From Alphaproteobacteria bacterium (lineage in GTDB: Bacteria; Pseudomonadota; Alphaproteobacteria; CAAHEQ01; UBA3637), in contig JAGCYU010000022.1 of NCBI GenBank assembly GCA_017960645.1, positions 141-64,140 of the forward strand: 64,000 nucleotides of DNA, read 5' to 3'. Made by a program: the position numbers and the translations under genes. Positions 7,345 to 18,206 of the stretch are shown piece by piece. Position 1 is the stretch's first letter. Each line of letters begins with the position of its first letter. The notes below the pieces were generated by a model that was given only the letters and a program-made list of their open reading frames with translations, did not search any database and was not told the origin of the DNA.

Positions 7345-8595
7345 ATGAAAAATTTATTGTGTATTTTGTTGTGTTGTACTTTTTTAACCGCCTGTTCCAG
7401 CGACAAACGTATTGCACCAAAGGAAGGGCGGATATCCTTGTCTCCTCAAGCAGAGTTGGTATCAACTAAAAAGAACATCCAACTAGATACAGCAAAAAAT
7501 CCGTCTGAATGGGGTCATTTATATCAAAATGCACAAAATAAACACCCCCATATCCAAGGGATAACAAACAAAACAAAACTTTGGACTGTTGATATAGGAG
7601 CCAATTATTCTGAGCCTGTGCCACAAAGCCCTATCGTTGTATCAAATGATGCAGTATATACCTTAGACGGAGCCTTTGGCGTCAGTAAAATTGATAAAAA
7701 AACAGGACAATCCGTTTGGCATAAGAAATTACCTGTCAGTTCAGGAAAAGGAATTGGATTAACAACTGATGGCAATCAAATTTTTGTCATTTTTGATCAA
7801 GGAACGTTAGTAGCTTTAAAATCGGATGGAGAAATTGCTTGGCAAAAAGAGTTAGCTATGCCGATACGAACAACACCAACTTTCAATAATCGATTATTGT
7901 TTGTGCTATCTGCCAAAAATGTGATTTTAGCTTTGGATAAAAAAACTGGCAAAGAAGTGTGGCGTTATCAAACAACGCCTTCTGATACTTTTCTGCAAGG
8001 CATGGCACATCCTGCCCTGTCTCAAAACATTTTAATTGTTCCATTCACAACGGGTGAAGTTATTGCATTTGACGCTGCATCTGGCATGTTGATATGGTCG
8101 CAAACAATGATTGGAAATCAACTGGAAGATTTATATGAGCTACCACATATTCTGGCCGCACCAGTCATTAGCGGCAATACTGTTTATTTGGCAGGAAATG
8201 CAAATTTATTAGGTGCTTATAATTTACAAACAGGGCAAACAAAATGGACACATAATATTGGCTCTGTTGTGACGCCTGTTTTATCTGGAAATGTGCTATT
8301 CGTACTAAGCAAGAATAACCACTTACTGGCTTTAGAAGCAACCACCGGTCGTATCTTTTGGGATAAAGAAATACCCCATAATAAAAAAACAAACTGGCAA
8401 GAGTTAGGGTTAACAGACAATCACTTGGTGCTGTACAGTGATGATAAAGAGCTCTACATTGATTCAAAATCAGGTGAAATTCAACAAGAACTGGATAAAA
8501 AGAATATCATTGCCGGTCCGATTAGCACAGAAAATACAATTTTTTATCTGACGAACCGAGCAAAGCTACAATCTTATCAACAGGTAACAAAATGA
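7345..8595 (+). CDS. bamB: PQQ-like beta-propeller lipoprotein (BamB-like)
   Basis: Lipobox LTAC; repeated ALDxxTGxxxW motifs; synteny with der. Confidence 0.8.
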   Translation: MKNLLCILLCCTFLTACSSDKRIAPKEGRISLSPQAELVSTKKNIQLDTAKNPSEWGHLYQNAQNKHPHIQGITNKTKLWTVDIGANYSEPVPQSPIVVSNDAVYTLDGAFGVSKIDKKTGQSVWHKKLPVSSGKGIGLTTDGNQIFVIFDQGTLVALKSDGEIAWQKELAMPIRTTPTFNNRLLFVLSAKNVILALDKKTGKEVWRYQTTPSDTFLQGMAHPALSQNILIVPFTTGEVIAFDAASGMLIWSQTMIGNQLEDLYELPHILAAPVISGNTVYLAGNANLLGAYNLQTGQTKWTHNIGSVVTPVLSGNVLFVLSKNNHLLALEATTGRIFWDKEIPHNKKTNWQELGLTDNHLVLYSDDKELYIDSKSGEIQQELDKKNIIAGPISTENTIFYLTNRAKLQSYQQVTK

Positions 8596-9947
8596 AAACA
8601 ATTGCGATTGTTGGTCGTACAAATGTAGGCAAATCAACTTTATTCAATAAATTATGCCACAAAAAATTGGCTATTGTGCATGATAGGCCTGGCGTCACAC
8701 GTGATAGAAAGGAAGCAGAAGCAATCATTGGCAAAACGCCTGTGCGTTTGATTGATACGGCTGGTTTAGAAAACTTAACAAGTTTAGCAAAGGCTATGTG
8801 GCAACAAACGCAATTAGCGATTGCTGAAGCTGATTTCATCTTTGCTGTTGTGGATGGTCGTAGTGAAATTTCTGCACTGGATCGTCAACTTGCCAAGGAT
8901 TTACATAAAACGGGCAAGCCAGTTTTTTTAATTGTGAATAAATGTGAAACACAAAATCAAACTGTCAATGATTTTTATCAATTGGGTTTGGGAGAACCCT
9001 TTCCTATTTCAGCCGAACATAACCTGGGGATTAAAGAACTGCTTGCCACAGTGGAACCATTGTGCAAACAAAAAGATTCCAATGAAGAAAAGACCTCAGC
9101 AACACGCCCGCTAAAACTGGCAATTGTAGGCCGTCCCAATGTTGGCAAATCAACACTTATAAATCACTTTTTGCAACAAGAACGCTTACTCACGGGACCG
9201 GAAGCCGGCGTCACACGTGATGCGATTACCATTCCTTGGACCTGGCAGGGCAAACCTATTTTGTTAACAGACACAGCTGGGTTAAGAAAATATGGCAAAA
9301 TCGATGATGAGCTGGAACGCATTTGCGGATACGGTACAAAAAACGCCATTGATTTTGCCGAGGTTGTTGTGTTGGTTTTGGATGCGACACAACCCATGGA
9401 ACGCCAAGATTTAGCCATTGCCAGCACTGTGTTACAAGAAGGTCGCGCTTTGGTCATTGCGTGTAATAAATGGGATATTATTAAAAATCGAACAGAAACC
9501 TTAAAGGAAATTAAAGAAAAAATGCAAACTTCCTTGCAACAGGTAAAAGGCATTCCTGTTGTCCCTATCTCAGGCAAAAGTGGTTTAAATTTAGATTTAT
9601 TACTGAAAAACATCTTCAATGTGTATGAACTATGGAACAAACGCATTCCGACACATAAACTCAATACTTTTCTGGATGAAATTAAACAAGCACACCCTAC
9701 TCCATTGGCGCGCAACGGCAAACGTGTACCAATGAAATACATGACTCAGGTTAATACTCGTCCTCCAACTTTTGTTATTTTTACCAGCAATCCAGATTCT
9801 CTGCCAGATTCTTATATGCGCTATATTTCCAATGGGTTACGTAAAACTTTTGGAATGGAAGGTGTTCCTATTCGGATTCATTTACGTAAAAGAGAAAATC
9901 CTTATGAAAATAAACAACAAAAACCAGAAAGGAAACGCAAACCATGA
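8592..9947 (+). CDS. der: Ribosome biogenesis GTPase Der/EngA
   Basis: Two GRxNVGKS P-loops, GVTRD, DTAG, KH-like C-terminus. Confidence 0.98.
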   Translation: MKTIAIVGRTNVGKSTLFNKLCHKKLAIVHDRPGVTRDRKEAEAIIGKTPVRLIDTAGLENLTSLAKAMWQQTQLAIAEADFIFAVVDGRSEISALDRQLAKDLHKTGKPVFLIVNKCETQNQTVNDFYQLGLGEPFPISAEHNLGIKELLATVEPLCKQKDSNEEKTSATRPLKLAIVGRPNVGKSTLINHFLQQERLLTGPEAGVTRDAITIPWTWQGKPILLTDTAGLRKYGKIDDELERICGYGTKNAIDFAEVVVLVLDATQPMERQDLAIASTVLQEGRALVIACNKWDIIKNRTETLKEIKEKMQTSLQQVKGIPVVPISGKSGLNLDLLLKNIFNVYELWNKRIPTHKLNTFLDEIKQAHPTPLARNGKRVPMKYMTQVNTRPPTFVIFTSNPDSLPDSYMRYISNGLRKTFGMEGVPIRIHLRKRENPYENKQQKPERKRKP

Positions 9948-10522
9948 CTTTAATTTTGAAAAATATGATTCATCATGGCCGTGTGCGTGCATGCTACTAT
10001 CATCCAGATAATCCGCAATTATGTGTCAAAGTAGCTTTACAAAAAAAACATAACAAGCTGTTACAAAAAGAAATTGACAATAATGAATTATTTCAAAAGA
10101 CATTATCTTCTTATGTAACGCGCTATTATGAATTGGTTCCAACGAATTATGGTTTAGGGCTTATTTCTGATTTAATCACAGATACTCCCACCAACACATT
10201 ATCTCTTCGTTTGCGTGATTGGTTAAAAATTCACAAGTCTATATCGCCTGAGTTACAGGAACAATTTCAAGATTTTTTTAAAAGACTGCTTAAATATAAA
10301 CTGTGGTTTTATGATTTTAACAATGAAAACTTTTTAGTCCAAAAACAGGGCGACAAACTCCGTCTTGTTTTTGTAGATACAAAAAGCTTAAACCGCAATA
10401 ATTCTTGGTCTTTTTTTAAATTGGAATACATTATTCCTACCCTAGCAAAAATCCGCATGAAAAGACGCATTCATCGTTTTTATAAAGTGCATCACTTAGG
10501 CGTACCCAACAGCTTAAAATGA
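9944..10522 (+). CDS. YrbL-family kinase-like protein
   Basis: GRVRACYYHPDNPQLCVKV; TNYGLGL; DFNNENFLV. Confidence 0.75.
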   Translation: MTLILKNMIHHGRVRACYYHPDNPQLCVKVALQKKHNKLLQKEIDNNELFQKTLSSYVTRYYELVPTNYGLGLISDLITDTPTNTLSLRLRDWLKIHKSISPELQEQFQDFFKRLLKYKLWFYDFNNENFLVQKQGDKLRLVFVDTKSLNRNNSWSFFKLEYIIPTLAKIRMKRRIHRFYKVHHLGVPNSLK

Positions 10523-13500
10523 TTACATATTCAACAATTGGCCAGCTGCTTGATAGTCAAACTTTCCTGTCCCTAACTTAGGCGGATTTTTCATGTACTT
10601 CACCTGTTTTGGAATCCATAATTCCGAAACGCCACAAGAACGCATAAATTCCCGAACCTCTGGTAAATTACACCCTTGATGAGAAGTGATAAAAATCAAT
10701 TCTTCTCCTTTTCTGTCATGTGGAATCGTGACAATACCTTGAGTTTCATTAGGGTATAACTTGTCTAAAATCTGTTCAACCGCCGTTAAAGACACCATCT
10801 CACCAGCTACTTTAGCAAAACGTTTTAAACGGCCACATATACTTATAAACCCATCCTCATCTATTTGAACAATATCCCCCGTTGCATAAGTTTTATCATT
10901 GATCTTTTCTAATTTCAAAGGCTTATCAGAACGCATCATACCTTGCATGACATTATCTCCTGTCACAATCAATTCGCCCCCTTGAGTCACGCCCGGTATC
11001 TTCCTTAATTTATATTGAATCCCAGGCAAAATACGGCCAACGCAATTCTGTTTATAATACATAGGTGTATTAAGTGCAATGACCGGAGAAGTTTCAGTTG
11101 CGCCATAACCTTGTAAAATACGCACACCAAACTTTTGCATCCATAAATCTGCTGTGGCTTCTTTTAAACGTTCGCCCCCCACAATTGCATATTTTAAAGA
11201 CCGAAAATCGTACGGATGCGCGACACGCCCATAACCAAACATAAAGCTGTCCGTTCCACAAATAACAGTCGCATTAGTATCGTAAAACAACTCTGGAATA
11301 ACCCGATAATGTAAAGGGCTGGGGTAATAAATTGTTTTAATACCCGACAACAACGTTATAATCATACCAACAGTCAATCCAAAAGAATGGAAAATCGGCA
11401 ACGCATTAAAACAAATATCCTGTGTATTAAAAGGCAAAACAGACACCAGCTGATAACGATTGGCTTGTAAATTTTCATGGCTTAAGAAAATGGCTTTTGG
11501 CATACCTTCAGAACCAGAAGTAAATAAAATAACTGCTGTATCAGAGGCAGGCACAATTGATTTTTTCCTTTTTAAATAATCCGCCAATCCCATCAATTTG
11601 ATATGTCCTGTGATCTTATGAGCGAAATCTTCTAAATAAATAACTTGGACACCCATTTGAATCATCATTTCAACTTGAGCTTCAAAATGTCCTTTTTCGA
11701 TAAATTGATGCGAGGTAACAACTACTTTTAATCCGACTGTTTTGATACAAGATTCTAATTGAGCTAGGCCCAAAGAAAAATTCAACATAGCAGGAACTTT
11801 TCCAGCTTTTTGAAGCGCATAAAAGCTGATAACCGTTGCCAATGCATTTGGCAAAAATAATCCCACTTTATCCGCATCAATATATTTTTGATAGGCTTGA
11901 GCCAAAACATAACTTTTAAAAATAAATTGTTTAAAGGTTTGTGGTTTGCGTGCAGTATCTTCTGCAACAACTCTGTGCCAACCATACCGATTTGCAGCAT
12001 ACAATAAATCGTTAAACACATTTTGATGAATATCTGAGGTATCATAGATCATCTTAGTCATCACATCATACAGTTGAACCTCTAATACTTTCCGACGCGC
12101 TTTACCCACTAATGCACTATCTACATTTAATTGCACAGGAGATTGTATATTCAATGTAATCTTGGGAAAAACATGTTGAATCAACAAACCTTTTTGATAC
12201 GAAAAATACGACGTATCGGCGCCAATAATTCGTACGGGCAATAACGTTGCTCCGGCTTTATCTGCTATGACCGCAGCCCCATCATACATTTTCATCAACG
12301 AACCTGTCACAGTGATACGCCCTTCTGGAAATACCATAACTTTTTCACCGGATTTTACTAAAGCAATTAAAGACCTTAATGCCATAGGATTTAAAGGATC
12401 CAACGCATATAAATTGACAAGTGATGAAAAAGGACGTACCCACCATTTTTTTGCCCACACAGTATTGATAGCAAAAGTAATTCGTTCAGGCATAAACGAA
12501 GCCATCAACAATCCGTCTAATAACGATGTGTGATTGGCAATAATCACAACGCGCTTGCCGGCCTTTTCAAAATGTTCTAAATTCTTGACGCGCACACGGA
12601 ACAAACAAATAAGAATTGTTTGGAAAACAGACCTTACTAATGTATCCGGCAACATACGGCTTAAATACCATATAACACCCAAACTAAATAGCGCCATAGC
12701 TAAAAATAGTTGGGGTATTGTCAATCCTAAAGCTAACAAAGCCAAACTCACTCCCGCGATTAAAACCATACCGACAGAGTTCACAATATTATTGGCCGCA
12801 ATAACTGTGGCTAAATATTTTTTAGGTGCCTTCACCTGCATCATCGCATTTAAAGGCACAATATAAAGCCCTCCAAAAAAAGCAAAAATAAACAGGTCTA
12901 ATGAAATTAAAATACCTCGTGTACTTGAAATAAATTGCAATAAGGTCATGGGATCTGCAACATTTCCCGCTCTGGTTGTCAATACCCACAACAACGCCAA
13001 AGTGACGGCCATCATCAACGCACTAAGCGGGACAAAGGTCACGTGTACCATGCCGCCCAATAATTTGTGACAACTAGAAGATCCCACGGCAACACCCACA
13101 GAAAATAACACCAGGAAAAAGCTGACAACTCCTTGTGTTGTTTGTAGGGTTTGACTGCATAATGGGAAAATTTGAGTTAAAATAAATACGCCCAGCATCC
13201 AAAACCAAGTTGCCCCTAAAATACAACGCCATACGGTTGGGTATTGATAAGCAACCTTCATCGCTCCAAAAATTTCAACAAATAAATTTTTACTGATTTT
13301 TACTTCAGCTCGGGGCGCCGGTGCAGATGGAATCAAACGACTAGCAAAAACCCCAATCAGCGCACACACCAATAACACACCGACAACTGCCGGGATAGGC
13401 AATAATGTCCCAAGGACAGATCCTAATAAAATAGATAAATAGGTAGAACCTTCCACCGCACCATTACCTGCAATCAATTCATCTTTTTTCAATAATTGAG

Positions 13501-13882
13501 GCAACAAAGCATATTTAATCGGCCCAAAGAATGCGGATTGAGTTCCCATTAAAAATAATAAAACAATCAATAAATAGACACTGTGGAATATAAAAGTAAT
13601 ACCTGTTAAAATCATCAAAGCAAATTCTGTTACCTTTAGCACGCGTGCGATTGAGGCGCGGTTATACTTATCAGCCACCTGCCCTGCAACACCCGAAAAA
13701 AGTACAAATGGTAAAATAAACAAGCCTGCCACCACTTGGGATAAAACTTCGGCTTGATCCGTTAAACGAAAAGCAATCAAAATCATCAAGGCATTTTTGA
13801 ATAAATTATCATTAAAAGCGCCAAAAAATTGCGTCAATAATAATGGTAAAAATCGTCTGGAACGTAATAATTGGAACAGCAT
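10523..13882 (-). CDS. Fused MFS (LplT-like)-acyltransferase-acyl-ACP synthetase (Aas-type)
   Basis: N-terminal MFS FNDNLFK; NHTSLLD and FPEG acyltransferase motifs; FTSGSEGMPK AMP-binding motif. Confidence 0.93.
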   Translation of the reverse strand: MLFQLLRSRRFLPLLLTQFFGAFNDNLFKNALMILIAFRLTDQAEVLSQVVAGLFILPFVLFSGVAGQVADKYNRASIARVLKVTEFALMILTGITFIFHSVYLLIVLLFLMGTQSAFFGPIKYALLPQLLKKDELIAGNGAVEGSTYLSILLGSVLGTLLPIPAVVGVLLVCALIGVFASRLIPSAPAPRAEVKISKNLFVEIFGAMKVAYQYPTVWRCILGATWFWMLGVFILTQIFPLCSQTLQTTQGVVSFFLVLFSVGVAVGSSSCHKLLGGMVHVTFVPLSALMMAVTLALLWVLTTRAGNVADPMTLLQFISSTRGILISLDLFIFAFFGGLYIVPLNAMMQVKAPKKYLATVIAANNIVNSVGMVLIAGVSLALLALGLTIPQLFLAMALFSLGVIWYLSRMLPDTLVRSVFQTILICLFRVRVKNLEHFEKAGKRVVIIANHTSLLDGLLMASFMPERITFAINTVWAKKWWVRPFSSLVNLYALDPLNPMALRSLIALVKSGEKVMVFPEGRITVTGSLMKMYDGAAVIADKAGATLLPVRIIGADTSYFSYQKGLLIQHVFPKITLNIQSPVQLNVDSALVGKARRKVLEVQLYDVMTKMIYDTSDIHQNVFNDLLYAANRYGWHRVVAEDTARKPQTFKQFIFKSYVLAQAYQKYIDADKVGLFLPNALATVISFYALQKAGKVPAMLNFSLGLAQLESCIKTVGLKVVVTSHQFIEKGHFEAQVEMMIQMGVQVIYLEDFAHKITGHIKLMGLADYLKRKKSIVPASDTAVILFTSGSEGMPKAIFLSHENLQANRYQLVSVLPFNTQDICFNALPIFHSFGLTVGMIITLLSGIKTIYYPSPLHYRVIPELFYDTNATVICGTDSFMFGYGRVAHPYDFRSLKYAIVGGERLKEATADLWMQKFGVRILQGYGATETSPVIALNTPMYYKQNCVGRILPGIQYKLRKIPGVTQGGELIVTGDNVMQGMMRSDKPLKLEKINDKTYATGDIVQIDEDGFISICGRLKRFAKVAGEMVSLTAVEQILDKLYPNETQGIVTIPHDRKGEELIFITSHQGCNLPEVREFMRSCGVSELWIPKQVKYMKNPPKLGTGKFDYQAAGQLLNM

Positions 13883-14024
13883 TCAGCCTCCTTTAAAAAT
13901 ACACAGGTATTACTGTAACTTATTTCATTAAACCAATCAAGCAAAAAATTTCACAAAATGCTTGACAAGACCCAATATCACGTTTAAGCTGGTAGGCAGT
14001 TTTATTGACATGGAAAGGCAGACC

Positions 14025-14516
14025 GTGAACAAGTTTTTTATTATTTTGATGAGTGTTATGTTATGCACTTCCCATTCTGCTTGGGCAGATAAGGCTAGAG
14101 CGGATATGACTCGCGCACATCGGGAAAAAGTTGGTGTTACAGCTGGGAATCCCAAAGTGCTTGATTCAAATGATACCAATAACGGTTCACAGGGACATAT
14201 AAGGGGTGCCGCTGCCAAACAAAGAAGGGAAGGAAAGGCCCCAGGGATATTTGATCCTGTGTCACAAAAGCCAACAGATCTGACTGACACAGATATTTTT
14301 TCGCAACCGTTGATGGTGTCCCGTGACGCAGAAAGAAAGGCTCGGTTAGAACAACAAAAAAAATTGGTAGCTGAAATACATCAAGCTATTGATGACATAC
14401 CTGCGAAAATGAATTGTTCGGGTGCTAACTGTTACAATGTTTATGACAATCCAACGTCTGATACAGCAACCTCTATTGCCCCCGCAGGCCTAAGCCAAGA
14501 AATTGATATGAGGTAA
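14025..14516 (+). CDS. Secreted hypothetical protein, paralog A (C-terminal CYxVYD...IDxR)
   Basis: RBS GAAAGG before GTG 14025; signal peptide ending AWA; shared C-terminal motif. Confidence 0.75.
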   Translation: MNKFFIILMSVMLCTSHSAWADKARADMTRAHREKVGVTAGNPKVLDSNDTNNGSQGHIRGAAAKQRREGKAPGIFDPVSQKPTDLTDTDIFSQPLMVSRDAERKARLEQQKKLVAEIHQAIDDIPAKMNCSGANCYNVYDNPTSDTATSIAPAGLSQEIDMR

Positions 14517-14523
14517 AAAATTC

Positions 14524-15621
14524 ATGAAAAAATTTTTATTTGGTATTTGTATTGGGGCTTTAATAAGCGGAAGTACTATATTTTTAGCATATACAGTTTA
14601 CGCCAAAGATTATATTGAAACCCAGATGCGCATGGTAACAGACAGCCCAAATGTATTGGCTTTTGCCACAAATGAAGAGCTGAATAAATACGAAGATAAT
14701 TTTGTCCGAGCACAAGCTCAATCGTACTTTTATGATCAATTGATAGCTCCTGATGATAATAATGCTTCACAATATCGTCTTTCCACAAAAAGAAATGAAT
14801 TTGGGGCAACAGAATGGGCACTTTATTATTCAGAATGTAACAATGATGCAGCAGGTTGTTGTGTCAAAAAGACTTCGGGCAGTACACTTTGTGGAGAAAA
14901 AGATGAATTAACACTTGATCAACGCATCCAAAATATGGAAGCAGAATGTCAAAAAAAGCCCACCAGTCAAGACTGTAACAAAATTCTTTTACAATCAATG
15001 AAACAAGTCCGTGATATGGATCCAGATAAACGCAAGACATTATATTATGCCCGGGCCTATGAAGCATGGAAAAATCCTCGGCCTGAACGAGGAGTATGCG
15101 GCGATGATAGAGAAAGTGTAGGATTTGATGAGGTTAAGGACCATTTAGATAAGTTAAAATACAACACAGATATTAACGCTGAAGAATCATCTGCTGCACG
15201 TTTTCAATATGAAATGCGCACACGTCTGTTGACAGGGATTTATCCATGTGATGAACAAGTATCACTAGAACCACACGTCCCTGATGAAATCGCAAACATC
15301 CCTGGATTTTCCGATCTTAGCTATGACCAAAAATGCGCAGTTGCACTATATCAAATGTCACAACAGGTGGCTGAACAAATGAAAAGCCATTATGATCAGC
15401 AAACAACGTTTCTATCAGGCCTGGCGGCGACAAATGAAAAAGCCCGCCAAGAAAGAATGGAAAAGAAGAAAGCAGAATTGGCTACTGTGGCACAAAATAT
15501 CAGTCAAAATTCAAATTGCACCAACCCATCGGATTGCTATATGGTGTATGATGCAGGTCATGAAGAAGGCGTTTCCGTCACAGGCGGACAAACTTTAAGC
15601 AGTAAAATTGATATCAGATAA
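14524..15621 (+). CDS. Secreted Cys-rich hypothetical protein, paralog B
   Basis: Signal peptide ending VYA; WALYYSEC..GCCV, ARAYEA and C-terminal motif shared with paralog C. Confidence 0.8.
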   Translation: MKKFLFGICIGALISGSTIFLAYTVYAKDYIETQMRMVTDSPNVLAFATNEELNKYEDNFVRAQAQSYFYDQLIAPDDNNASQYRLSTKRNEFGATEWALYYSECNNDAAGCCVKKTSGSTLCGEKDELTLDQRIQNMEAECQKKPTSQDCNKILLQSMKQVRDMDPDKRKTLYYARAYEAWKNPRPERGVCGDDRESVGFDEVKDHLDKLKYNTDINAEESSAARFQYEMRTRLLTGIYPCDEQVSLEPHVPDEIANIPGFSDLSYDQKCAVALYQMSQQVAEQMKSHYDQQTTFLSGLAATNEKARQERMEKKKAELATVAQNISQNSNCTNPSDCYMVYDAGHEEGVSVTGGQTLSSKIDIR

Positions 15622-15638
15622 GTTGAAAAGGAGGAACT

Positions 15639-16796
15639 ATGAAAAAAATCGTTTTAGCACTTGCCGCTTGTGGCGTAATTGTAGGTAGTGGTATATTATG
15701 GGGGAATTTAGCATCTGCCAATGAAGAAAAAACGTCCGAAGAGATTGAAGCTCTTGCAAAATCTTCAGCTGTTTTAGCCATTACGGATCAACACTCTGTC
15801 AATCAATCCTATAATGTTTTGGAACGTTGGATTACACAACAACCGAAGGAGAATGCGCAAAGCCGCGAGAACAAAGGAGAGGACATACACCAAGAGCAAA
15901 CTGCACAGGATTGGGCTGTATATTATTCCGAATGTTATAAAACAGAAAAAGGTTGCTGTGTTACTATACAGGAAGATGGTACTTGCACCTATGACAAGAA
16001 AACTTTAGCTGAACGCAAACAACGCATGGAACAAGTTTGTGCGGAAGGTCATCCTGAACACGCAAAATGTAATCAAGCATTGTTAGGGGAACTTCAAAAA
16101 GTAGAAAACATGTCCGAAGATGACAGACAAGACCTCTTACAAGCCCGTGCTTATGAAGCAAGAAAAGACATAAATGTAAAATTAGGTCAAGGGGGAGAAC
16201 CTGGAGCACCTGCCATTGTGTTCAATAATAGAGGGAATCCACTCACTGAGGCCCCTCTCTCAATGGTATTTCCCACTTCAGAAGCAGTCCATAATGCTTC
16301 ACACGATGCTTCTAGGAAAGACGATATCAGCCCTGAGCAAACATCTGCAATCAGAGCAAATGATGCCTATACCCGTCAACTTGTTGAATATTCTAACAAA
16401 TCAGAAGAACAATTAAAGGCCATGGGTGTAGATGACACAACAATAAAAAAAGCACAGGAAATGCATGAACTCATAAAGGATTTAACACCGGTCCAACAAA
16501 AACAATTTGCAGATTACGTTGCCAATGAACAACTCAAAAGGCGTAAAGAACGTCATGCAGATATACTTCAAAAGCTATGGGATGAAATTCAAAGAGATGC
16601 CGATGAACAAAGACGAAAAGAACTGGCCGCATTACATAATGAATTGGCTGGAATTCAAAAGATGCTTGGTTCAGAAAATGTCGATTGCAATCCGAATAAT
16701 CCAGGAGATTGCTATAAAGTTTATGATGCAGAAACCCCACAAGGCGTATCTGTTACTGGCGGCCGAACAATGAGTGAGACCATCGATATCAGGTAA
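15639..16796 (+). CDS. Secreted Cys-rich hypothetical protein, paralog C
   Basis: RBS AGGAGG; signal peptide ending ASA; homologous to paralog B. Confidence 0.8.
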   Translation: MKKIVLALAACGVIVGSGILWGNLASANEEKTSEEIEALAKSSAVLAITDQHSVNQSYNVLERWITQQPKENAQSRENKGEDIHQEQTAQDWAVYYSECYKTEKGCCVTIQEDGTCTYDKKTLAERKQRMEQVCAEGHPEHAKCNQALLGELQKVENMSEDDRQDLLQARAYEARKDINVKLGQGGEPGAPAIVFNNRGNPLTEAPLSMVFPTSEAVHNASHDASRKDDISPEQTSAIRANDAYTRQLVEYSNKSEEQLKAMGVDDTTIKKAQEMHELIKDLTPVQQKQFADYVANEQLKRRKERHADILQKLWDEIQRDADEQRRKELAALHNELAGIQKMLGSENVDCNPNNPGDCYKVYDAETPQGVSVTGGRTMSETIDIR

Positions 16797-16817
16797 CCCT
16801 TGGCTATTTGGCATAAC

Positions 16818-16850
16818 AAATCCCCCGCTTGAAAACGGGGGTTATTTTTT
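16818..16850. terminator. Likely bidirectional terminator
   Basis: CCCCCG...CGGGGG stem with T run between convergent genes. Confidence 0.75.
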
Positions 16851-16858
16851 AATCTTTA

Positions 16859-18205
16859 TTAACCTGCACGATTCTTTAAAAAATCCGCCAACCAATGAAT
16901 ATCATAGGCACCATCAATAAAGTCCGCGTTTTGAATAATTTCTTGATGCAAAGGGATTGTGGTAGAAATTCCTTCTATCACAAACTCACCTAAGGCACGT
17001 TTCAGCCGCATTAAGGCACCATTTCTGGTCCGTCCGGATACAATCAATTTTGCCACCAAACTATCATAATTAGGCGGCACATCACATCCTGCATACATAC
17101 CGGAATCCACACGCACAGCCAATCCACCTGGCACATGCCACTGCCCTATTTTACCGGGGCAAGGAACGAATGTATTCGGATCTTCTGCATTGATACGACA
17201 TTCAATAGCAACACCATGGAATTGAATGTCTTCTTGTTTGATATCCAAAGTCTGACCGGCCGACAAACGAATTTGTTCTCGCACAATATCCAAACTTGTC
17301 ACAGCTTCGGTAATTGGATGTTCCACCTGTAAACGCGTATTCATTTCCATAAAGTAAAACTGGCCATTTTCATACAAAAACTCAACTGTTCCGACATTGG
17401 AATAGCCAATTTTTTTGATGGCCGCCACAACCATTTCCCCCAGTTTTTTGCGTTGCTCAGGATTCAAAGCCGGCGAAGGTGTTTCTTCTAAAATCTTTTG
17501 ATGATTCCGTTGCAAGGAACAATCACGCTCGCCCAAATGAATGACATGACCAAAGTTATCCGCTAAAATCTGCACTTCTATATGACGCGGATGGCTTAAA
17601 TACTTTTCCATATATACGCCATCATTTTCAAAAGAAGAGCGTGCTTCGTTTTGTGCTAAAGTAAAGGCCATTTCCATTTCATCGGCCGAATTCACAACAC
17701 GCATTCCTTTTCCGCCACCACCGGCAGACGCTTTGATAATCACAGGATATCCCAACACTTCGCCCCATTGAATAGCATCCAACACGTTTTTGATTTCTCC
17801 ATCAGAACCTGGAATCAATGGCAATCCTGCTTCTTTAGCCAACTGACGCGCCGCAACCTTATCCCCCATTTTGCGGATCATTTCGGGTCTTGGCCCAATC
17901 CAAACCATGTTATGCGCTTCCACCATCTCAGCAAAATCTGCATTTTCCGACAAAAAACCATAACCCGGGTGAATAGCATCCGCCCCTGTCATCAAGGCGG
18001 CGGAAATAATATTTGCTTTATTTAAATAAGATTCTTTGGCGCCCGCCGGCCCGATACACACAGCCTCGTCCGCCAACTTCACGTGCATAGCATTAGCATC
18101 TGCTACAGAGTGAACAGCAACAGTCTTAATTCCCATCTCATGACAAGCCCGATGGATTCGTAAAGCAACTTCTCCGCGATTAGCAATTAAAACTTTTTCA
18201 AACAT
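16859..18205 (-). CDS. accC: Acetyl-CoA carboxylase biotin carboxylase
   Basis: MFEKVLIANRGE, GGGGKGMR, EMNTRLQVEH. Confidence 0.97.
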   Translation of the reverse strand: MFEKVLIANRGEVALRIHRACHEMGIKTVAVHSVADANAMHVKLADEAVCIGPAGAKESYLNKANIISAALMTGADAIHPGYGFLSENADFAEMVEAHNMVWIGPRPEMIRKMGDKVAARQLAKEAGLPLIPGSDGEIKNVLDAIQWGEVLGYPVIIKASAGGGGKGMRVVNSADEMEMAFTLAQNEARSSFENDGVYMEKYLSHPRHIEVQILADNFGHVIHLGERDCSLQRNHQKILEETPSPALNPEQRKKLGEMVVAAIKKIGYSNVGTVEFLYENGQFYFMEMNTRLQVEHPITEAVTSLDIVREQIRLSAGQTLDIKQEDIQFHGVAIECRINAEDPNTFVPCPGKIGQWHVPGGLAVRVDSGMYAGCDVPPNYDSLVAKLIVSGRTRNGALMRLKRALGEFVIEGISTTIPLHQEIIQNADFIDGAYDIHWLADFLKNRAG

Positions 18206-18206
18206 T

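Noticed and set aside
9164-9742. Long antisense ORFs inside der, yfgM, ackA and other genes
   Set aside because: Shadow ORFs opposite well-supported genes, with no motifs.
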